Shown: one piece after another, positions 63,332 to 64,000 of the stretch
Layout: every line of letters begins with the position of its first letter
Position numbering within the stretch: the first letter of the stretch is position 1
NCBI RefSeq assembly: GCF_001194135.2
Contig: NC_068983.1
Location: forward strand, 11,206,290-11,270,289
Direction of reading: 5' to 3'
DNA length: 64,000 nucleotides
From: Octopus bimaculoides
Taxonomy: Eukaryota
Notes under the pieces: generated by a model
What the model was told of the DNA's origin: nothing
The model's input: the letters and a program-made list of their open reading frames with translations, nothing else
The model's database searches: none
Made by a program: the position numbers and the translations under genes

Positions 63332-63763
63332 CATTTATTTATTCATGCAGAGTATCAAGTATTCACTCTTTAGCTACTCTAAGTTCCCTGTTTCTTGTAT
63401 GTTCTTCAGGGCAGAAAGCTCCCAGCTGCAATGGAGTGACGGTTCAGTTTTAAATGAATTAACAAACTTTATTCCATGTACCAAGACTTTTTCCCGATTT
63501 TGCATAATTATTTTTTAACAAGTTCATTTCTGTTTCACTTATTCAGGATGCACCATGTTGAAAGAGAAGCTATTAATCCAACCGAATAGCCAGTCTCCTG
63601 TACCCATTCTTTACACTTCTGCATCCCTTTGTGTTCGCCCAGCTGATCTCCGTGTGGAAGAATGTGGTGAACCACTCTATTGGGACAAAGTTCGTAAAAT
63701 GGATGAAGTCCTTGATTACCACCGGGTCTGTCGGCCTATAAAACCAAACAAAGAGTGTTTCAG
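2504..63763 (+). CDS. VPS13D: VPS13D orthologue, partial gene model: 46 coding exons; 5' and 3' ends outside the window
   Basis: Exons joined at GT-AG sites with matching phases give a continuous frame collinear with human VPS13D as recalled (e.g. KRDKVFATLN, SHKNLS, QTWVVLLDFLG, QVERNLD, GDYYNRKLSGWEPFIE, VPFVIRNHTG, EGSARKMITVRSAL). Confidence 0.95.
2755..2990 (-). mobile_element. Family C repeat, joined to the RT fragment
   Basis: Reverse complement of the family C tail and domain. Confidence 0.8.
2991..3535 (-). mobile_element. RTE-clade LINE reverse-transcriptase fragment, degraded
   Basis: QFGFVPGRSATDAIF, FVDIEKAFD, GVH*GSVLSP, LLYADNLVL motifs, with a stop and a frameshift. Confidence 0.92.
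4127..4168 (+). CDS. VPS13D: VPS13D exon w2 (42 nt, phase 0-0)
   Basis: ttacag|...|gtaagt; SLLQGGTSLRDGFD bridges w1 and w3 in phase; little sequence homology. Confidence 0.7.
4695..4955 (+). mobile_element. Family B tRNA-derived SINE, variant 3' end
   Basis: GGCCCAGTGGTTAGGG and GTTTCGATTCCC boxes; tail differs from the other B copies. Confidence 0.75.
5295..5385. repeat. (TA)n/(TG)n compound microsatellite
   Basis: Visible directly. Confidence 0.95.
5692..5909 (+). mobile_element. Family D SINE (Nin/Deu-like domain) with 19-bp TSD
   Basis: GCCTTTCATCCTTTCGGG...AAGTACCAG; TSD AGAAACCATGGCAGAGTAG at 5673 and 5910. Confidence 0.85.
6030..6110. repeat. (CAT/CCT/CAC)n low-complexity tract
   Basis: Visible directly. 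Confidence 0.85.
6800..6845 (-). ncRNA. Minimal type-I hammerhead-ribozyme-like motif (Penelope-like element remnant, about 6715-6890)
   Basis: Minus strand: GACAC CTGATGA A GGCTG-N10-CAGCC GAAAC GCT GTGTT. Confidence 0.65.
7652..8003 (-). mobile_element. Family B SINE with (CAA)n tail
   Basis: Matches 25210 and 44397; 5' end runs into the gap. Confidence 0.85.
8004..8901. other. Assembly gap
   Basis: N run. Confidence 1.
9309..9550 (+). CDS. VPS13D: VPS13D exon w3
   Basis: IHDYVLSPTNARSRIKRN...WRPDVSCAE, resembles HHYVLEPVFASALLKRN...; |gtaagt. Confidence 0.95.
9714..10134 (-). mobile_element. Family A SINE
   Basis: High identity to 31-420; central (TA)n. Confidence 0.85.
10640..10805 (+). 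CDS. VPS13D: VPS13D exon w4
   Basis: PRRWWDYAI...QRARDLVDYY, resembles REWWYFAL...HRARDAVSY. Confidence 0.95.
10968..11225 (-). mobile_element. Family C repeat
   Basis: (CAT)n, tttccatgctagcatggg, and unit remnants. Confidence 0.8.
12149..12256 (+). CDS. VPS13D: VPS13D exon w5
   Basis: QHQKKMEDELNIEEIKTIRLLAFDKV; phase 0-0. Confidence 0.9.
13441..13603 (+). CDS. VPS13D: VPS13D exon w6
   Basis: PSTPVTQTPEEYKTGYLQSWLSW, resembles QYLQSWFPGW; ttttag|...|gtaat. Confidence 0.9.
14799..14930 (+). CDS. VPS13D: VPS13D exon w7
   Basis: YKRDKVFATLNFCLKKGSMKLL, resembles TKRDHVFAKLNLQLQRGTVTLL. Confidence 0.95.
15013..15074. repeat. (GT)31 microsatellite
   Basis: Visible directly; ends 36 nt upstream of exon w8. 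Confidence 0.95.
15111..15283 (+). CDS. VPS13D: VPS13D exon w8
   Basis: DSTIREMLVAEC...FPSLIVPNPK, resembles FPLLVFPNPQK. Confidence 0.95.
16104..16264 (+). CDS. VPS13D: VPS13D exon w9
   Basis: EISYTFRRMRFG...IFEVTFEK, resembles VFEMLYER; |gtgagt. Confidence 0.9.
16942..17173 (+). mobile_element. Family D SINE with 13-bp TSD
   Basis: TSD AGAAACAGAATAT at 16928 and 17174. Confidence 0.85.
17274..17330 (+). CDS. VPS13D: VPS13D exon w10, 3' part lost in assembly gap
   Basis: ttccag|; IYVKTKSIAIVCNPYTVK, resembles LNVSTRPLNIIYNPQAIK; runs into Ns. Confidence 0.9.
17331..17883. other. Assembly gap (contains the end of exon w10)
   Basis: N run. Confidence 1.
17884..18088 (-). mobile_element. 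Family A SINE, 5' half (remainder in gap)
   Basis: Head plus (CA)n/(TA)n at the gap edge. Confidence 0.85.
18208..18302 (+). CDS. VPS13D: VPS13D exon w11
   Basis: tttttag|; AAYKRYQNLKFHTKTELQNRWRELLQG, resembles AARRQYNKLKMQTKAEIRQTLDRLLVG; donor gtacgt (an in-frame gt at 18297 is also possible). Confidence 0.9.
18603..18777 (+). CDS. VPS13D: VPS13D exon w12
   Basis: IKLDIAAPKIIVPE...VVFDLG, resembles VRLDISAPQVIFPD...VVVDLG. Confidence 0.95.
18954..19086 (+). CDS. VPS13D: VPS13D exon w13 (contains phospho-FFAT-like core)
   Basis: EEFLTPSQSPP...SFYER, resembles DEYKTPLATPP...KMYER. Confidence 0.95.
19185..19790 (+). mobile_element. RTE LINE 3' end: ORF C-terminus, 3' UTR, hairpin units and tail (family C, long copy)
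   Basis: WDEVVKHDL*TLGFTEAMTRDRGL*RYA, then a GC-rich UTR, two units, the shared tail and (GAT)n. Confidence 0.8.
19830..20002 (-). mobile_element. Family D-type SINE, diverged
   Basis: Reverse complement of the head and Nin-like domain. Confidence 0.65.
20553..20684 (+). CDS. VPS13D: VPS13D exon w14
   Basis: YQVILEDLQVLVGQTHDNWK...DKFSIEVLFER. Confidence 0.95.
21075..21266. repeat. Imperfect ~43-bp inverted repeat (fold-back or MITE-like)
   Basis: ACAATTGCAGCATGAAAGATGTTTGTAAACC...AAGAACA versus the reverse complement of 21224-21266. Confidence 0.75.
21628..21836 (+). mobile_element. Family C repeat, 5'-truncated
   Basis: One unit, domain and tail. Confidence 0.85.
22118..22208 (+). CDS. 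VPS13D: VPS13D exon w15
   Basis: RVIFTTDPEWPSVRLSGTLPSL, resembles RLIYTSDPKYPGAVLSGNLPDL. Confidence 0.95.
22322..22755 (-). mobile_element. CR1/L2-group LINE RT C-terminal fragment
   Basis: FDYCSQLWSP, SYWERLK, ERYAIIYIRKILEGLVP, NSLGFRGPQLFNIL (frameshifted). Confidence 0.8.
22898..23040 (+). CDS. VPS13D: VPS13D exon w16
   Basis: VKALSTCMNQL..., resembles ISALKNCF; phase 0-2. Confidence 0.9.
23705..23897 (-). mobile_element. Family C internal fragment (units only)
   Basis: Reverse-complement hairpin units. Confidence 0.75.
24451..24563 (+). CDS. VPS13D: VPS13D exon w17
   Basis: EASVLLEAEFSVNKLSLEINSR, resembles ESQLLLAEFKVNCMQLGVESN. Confidence 0.92.
24595..24990 (-). mobile_element. 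Degraded family A SINE
   Basis: Diverged matches to both halves. Confidence 0.65.
25210..25575 (-). mobile_element. Family B SINE
   Basis: Near full-length; tRNA-like head with a TCG anticodon-like loop (Arg-like). Confidence 0.85.
26223..26388 (+). CDS. VPS13D: VPS13D exon w18 (AAG acceptor)
   Basis: LTVHSLLLVDGLQTFGKDYELLAASHKNLS, resembles LTVHGLLLVDTMQTYGADFDLLMASHKNLS. Confidence 0.97.
26600..26766 (+). mobile_element. Family C repeat, 5'-truncated
   Basis: Domain and tail. Confidence 0.85.
27164..27243 (+). CDS. VPS13D: VPS13D exon w19
   Basis: MDSQSGKLRGSESQTELRPSPVS, resembles FDIPTGSLRDSRAQSPVS. Confidence 0.9.
27794..27955 (+). CDS. VPS13D: VPS13D exon w20
   Basis: KEEALITLHIQVI...QFNSLDVI, resembles KEQESLIKLEYQF...QVNNLDII; second in-frame acceptor gives a start at 27803. 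Confidence 0.92.
28193..28248. repeat. (AT)n microsatellite
   Basis: Visible directly. Confidence 0.95.
28298..28458 (+). CDS. VPS13D: VPS13D exon w21
   Basis: NQETLTEIMSFF, resembles NPETIVELIGFL; |gtaagt. Confidence 0.92.
29317..29464 (+). CDS. VPS13D: VPS13D exon w22
   Basis: DFHRLNILLV...RKVATITM, resembles EIHRLNLLLL...RKIATASI. Confidence 0.95.
29610..30956 (+). CDS. VPS13D: VPS13D exon w23 (1347 nt)
   Basis: ORF 29663-30964; RMASVIYIHSPLFLREL, IETPIVFLPRK...LGEISIKN, KLVLSKAVYEQIL. Confidence 0.97.
31501..31859 (+). mobile_element. Family C repeat (spans a 10-N gap)
   Basis: Two units, domain and tail. Confidence 0.85.
31970..32510 (+). CDS. VPS13D: VPS13D exon w24 (541 nt)
   Basis: LKSLTMEDLLE...YLMVS, LSTSCP, MPGSLPS, resembles LHSLLMEDLLE...NLMVS, LSQSCP, MPRSLPS. 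Confidence 0.97.
32791..33232 (-). mobile_element. Family C repeat
   Basis: Tail, domain and units through to GATGACTGGCAC. Confidence 0.85.
33738..34060 (-). mobile_element. Family C repeat
   Basis: Tail, domain and two units. Confidence 0.85.
34357..34495 (+). CDS. VPS13D: VPS13D exon w25
   Basis: YPCTPPPSP...LVHISIFLVDSKCPQF, resembles YPLTPPPSP...LVHINIFLVDKKHPEF. Confidence 0.95.
34690..34868 (-). mobile_element. Family D-type SINE
   Basis: gtacttaatttatcgaccctgaaaggatgaaagg is the reverse-complement domain. Confidence 0.7.
35055..35580 (+). mobile_element. Degraded family A SINE interrupted by a MITE
   Basis: SINE halves resume on either side of 35335-35461. Confidence 0.65.
35335..35461. 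mobile_element. Tc1/mariner-type MITE (127 bp), TA TSD
   Basis: ~29-nt TIRs CAAGGTGTCCACAAGGTCTGGACACATGG and CCATGTACCCAGACTTTGTGGACACCCTG, flanked by TA. Confidence 0.8.
35670..35838 (+). CDS. VPS13D: VPS13D exon w26
   Basis: INRSIDIQFSSLDTTINLQTWVVLLDFLGLG. Confidence 0.97.
37025..37292 (+). CDS. VPS13D: VPS13D exon w27
   Basis: SLTLIMNKPEYELARATVS...GEQALTF-like GDQALTFDIF. Confidence 0.95.
37433..37655. mobile_element. Tigger-type MITE
   Basis: TA-CAGTAATCCCTCG...GCAAGGGATTACTA imperfect TIRs. Confidence 0.55.
37941..38394 (+). mobile_element. Family C repeat with full unit array and a ~90-nt flanking direct repeat
   Basis: Units, domain and tail; flanks 37851-37940 and 38410-38503 are near-identical. 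Confidence 0.88.
38745..38850. repeat. C/T-rich polypyrimidine tract
   Basis: Visible directly. Confidence 0.85.
39090..39270 (+). CDS. VPS13D: VPS13D exon w28
   Basis: MATVQYTYTDRFQSEVTAF, resembles MASVQYVHTQRFQAEVVAF. Confidence 0.97.
39675..40107 (+). mobile_element. Family C repeat with full unit array
   Basis: Starts TGATGACTGGCACC, as does the 37941 copy. Confidence 0.85.
40278..41075 (+). CDS. VPS13D: VPS13D exon w29 (798 nt, Ser-rich insert)
   Basis: IEADSPVILLP...ELGRLSVTNQF; HICLLDVMSVTLTDMDLY. Confidence 0.97.
41473..41688. mobile_element. Possible piggyBac-type MITE
   Basis: TTAATCCTTT...AGAGGGTTAA degenerate TTAA-anchored ends. Confidence 0.4.
42283..42522 (+). CDS. VPS13D: VPS13D exon w30
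   Basis: CALHLQVERNLD...LLRGILAHNIGE. Confidence 0.97.
42603..43700 (-). mobile_element. R4/Dong-like non-LTR retrotransposon 3' fragment (CCHC knuckle and REL endonuclease), degraded
   Basis: RGLIQLE, KPETDGFLIAAQDQ, CRICGDGEETINLIASGC, INVSIP..NISLKEMEKLSKYKDLQIEVTRMW; (TAA)n at both ends. Confidence 0.82.
43739..43958 (+). CDS. VPS13D: VPS13D exon w31
   Basis: SLARFDF...LVSHEIRAVDTRY. Confidence 0.97.
44114..44335 (+). CDS. VPS13D: VPS13D exon w32
   Basis: NVFSNILQP...FTVLLNNMRLMCIFDWLL. Confidence 0.97.
44397..44762 (+). mobile_element. Family B SINE, full length
   Basis: GGAGGCGCAGTGGCCCAGTGGTTAGGGCAGCGGACTCGCGG...GAGTGCCAACAA. Confidence 0.88.
46298..46440 (+). CDS. VPS13D: VPS13D exon w33 (143 nt)
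   Basis: taatcag|...|gtaagt; MDKKPEEKF...GIVTRRCHV, resembles GVVTKRSS. Confidence 0.92.
46718..46838 (-). mobile_element. Family C 3' fragment
   Basis: (CAT)n and tail. Confidence 0.8.
47197..47250. repeat. 17-bp minisatellite, three units (GAAGTGAGTGGAGGTAR)
   Basis: Three consecutive units. Confidence 0.9.
47672..47770 (+). CDS. VPS13D: VPS13D exon w34
   Basis: FELKVNVRNTQFVVVADMSTWDTEAAILK, resembles LEVKVNVTGTEFVVIEDVSCFDTNAIILK. Confidence 0.95.
49148..49384 (+). CDS. VPS13D: VPS13D exon w35
   Basis: LEVFSC...TALSIIDP...GLLDA...VLE. Confidence 0.97.
49874..50003 (+). CDS. VPS13D: VPS13D exon w36
   Basis: IRLSYNDLKMFIAITDSLPEQA, resembles IRLSYNDVQLFLAIAKSIPEQA. Confidence 0.97.
50098..50282 (+). 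CDS. VPS13D: VPS13D exon w37 (UBA position; no UBA recognisable)
   Basis: APAVQEVEILP...SSRRASNIEQDSWFLTGIE; its end matches ISGVE. Confidence 0.9.
50640..50721 (+). CDS. VPS13D: VPS13D exon w38
   Basis: IKASSICICLIDDCKDADVPLAEISF. Confidence 0.97.
50855..50972 (+). CDS. VPS13D: VPS13D exon w39
   Basis: GDYYNRKLSGWEPFIEVW. Confidence 0.97.
52807..52868 (+). CDS. VPS13D: VPS13D exon w40 (62 nt, AAG acceptor)
   Basis: CNINWEYIEEAERKLELKID, resembles CSVSWQ...RLKLEAK; supplies the required phase 2 to 1 change. Confidence 0.85.
53040..53300 (-). mobile_element. Tigger/pogo-like transposase C-terminal remnant
   Basis: CIQDFTSF...VGFE*IIGDDVAEMLVSY..SLSNEELTLLE resembles the Tigger C-terminal helix region. 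Confidence 0.5.
53908..54013 (+). CDS. VPS13D: VPS13D exon w41
   Basis: LNINLTSAFIDQY...WTEDY, resembles LDINITSVLIDQY...WMADY. Confidence 0.95.
54503..55050 (+). mobile_element. Family C repeat with extra 5' sequence (spans a 10-N gap)
   Basis: About 100 nt of leader, four units, domain and tail. Confidence 0.85.
55065..55470. mobile_element. Possible hAT-type MITE inside (TA)n
   Basis: Ends CAGGCACGTGC and GCATGTCCCTG, shared subterminal TAGGCAGT, (AT)n on both sides. Confidence 0.4.
55704..55853 (+). CDS. VPS13D: VPS13D exon w42
   Basis: KRIPFVPFVIRNHTG...TVTTTP, resembles RRQPFVPFALRNHTG...LTTTP. Confidence 0.95.
57532..57670 (+). CDS. VPS13D: VPS13D exon w43 (AAG acceptor)
   Basis: EWKQVEPNEEVPFFF...KIRHK, resembles EWREVLTGEEIPFEF...KLRHR. 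Confidence 0.95.
58323..58724 (+). mobile_element. Family A SINE, full length
   Basis: AGGCGCAGGAGTGGCTGTGTGG...AAGTAAAAGAGTAAAAGAG. Confidence 0.88.
58823..58957 (+). CDS. VPS13D: VPS13D exon w44 (possible in-frame extension to 59059)
   Basis: THELRVNQL...VTVDKVGIYFR, resembles THDLRIHQL...VSVDKVGTFFR. Confidence 0.95.
59128..59918. other. Assembly gap
   Basis: N run. Confidence 1.
59919..60153 (+). mobile_element. Family A SINE, 3' half (5' half in gap)
   Basis: Matches the 3' half of the 58323 copy with several substitutions. Confidence 0.85.
61512..61960. mobile_element. Tail-to-tail pair of family C-type repeats (+ 61512-61704; - about 61705-61960)
   Basis: Forward tail ...gatgatgat directly followed by a reverse-complement tail. 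Confidence 0.75.
62964..63114 (+). CDS. VPS13D: VPS13D exon w45 (VAB/adaptor-binding region)
   Basis: FVFDVTQEGSARKMITVRSAL. Confidence 0.97.
63289..63328. repeat. (TG)n microsatellite
   Basis: Visible directly. Confidence 0.95.
63547..63763 (+). CDS. VPS13D: VPS13D exon w46
   Basis: LCVRPADL...PLYWDKV...CRPIKPNKECF; |gtaatt. Confidence 0.92.
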
Positions 63764-63894
63764 GTAATTATATTCTATTTCTCAATCTCTTTAAAATCAG
63801 AATAGCTTTGGTTTGTTAGTTTAGGATAATGACTAATCTGGAAGAAATTTATGGGCAGCCTTTTGAAAAACATTCCTGCCACAGTGTTTGTTAC

Positions 63895-64000
63895 ATCATC
63901 ATCATCATCGTTTAACGTCCGCTTTCCATGCTAGCATGGGTTGGACGATTTGACTGAGGACTGGTGAAACCGGATGGCAGCACCAGGCTCCAATCTAATT
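63895..64000 (-). mobile_element. Family C 3' end (cut by window edge)
   Basis: (CAT)n and gctttccatgctagcatggg. Confidence 0.85.

Noticed and set aside
2504-63763. Assignment to VPS13A, B or C because UBA is missing
   Set aside because: Many VPS13D-specific peptides match collinearly (SHKNLS, YPxTPPPSP, QTWVVxLDFxG, IDDCxDxDVPLAE, EGSARK).

Overview
AT-rich, microsatellite-rich eukaryotic genomic DNA, inferred from its SINE/LINE content to be a coleoid cephalopod, probably Octopus. Five assembly gaps are present. The whole window lies inside one + strand gene, a VPS13D orthologue (bridge-like lipid-transfer protein). I traced 46 GT-AG coding exons (2504-63763, about 9.0 kb CDS, about 3,000 aa) with consistent intron phases; one exon is cut by a gap, and the start and stop codons lie outside the window. 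Protein matches are to my recollection of human VPS13D, not to a database search. The introns hold three tRNA-derived SINE families (A, B, D), many copies of an RTE-LINE 3' end (family C), fragments of RTE, CR1-group, R4/Dong and Tigger elements, and several MITEs. Most notable: (1) a perfect 138-bp inverted repeat bracketing exon 33; (2) apparent absence of the VPS13D UBA domain; (3) a minimal hammerhead-ribozyme motif antisense in an intron; (4) an ordered tandem array of ~63-nt double-hairpin units with compensatory stem changes in the RTE 3' region; (5) an R4/Dong-like element flanked on both sides by (TAA)n; (6) a 102-nt in-frame alternative donor. No prokaryotic system or CRISPR array is supported.
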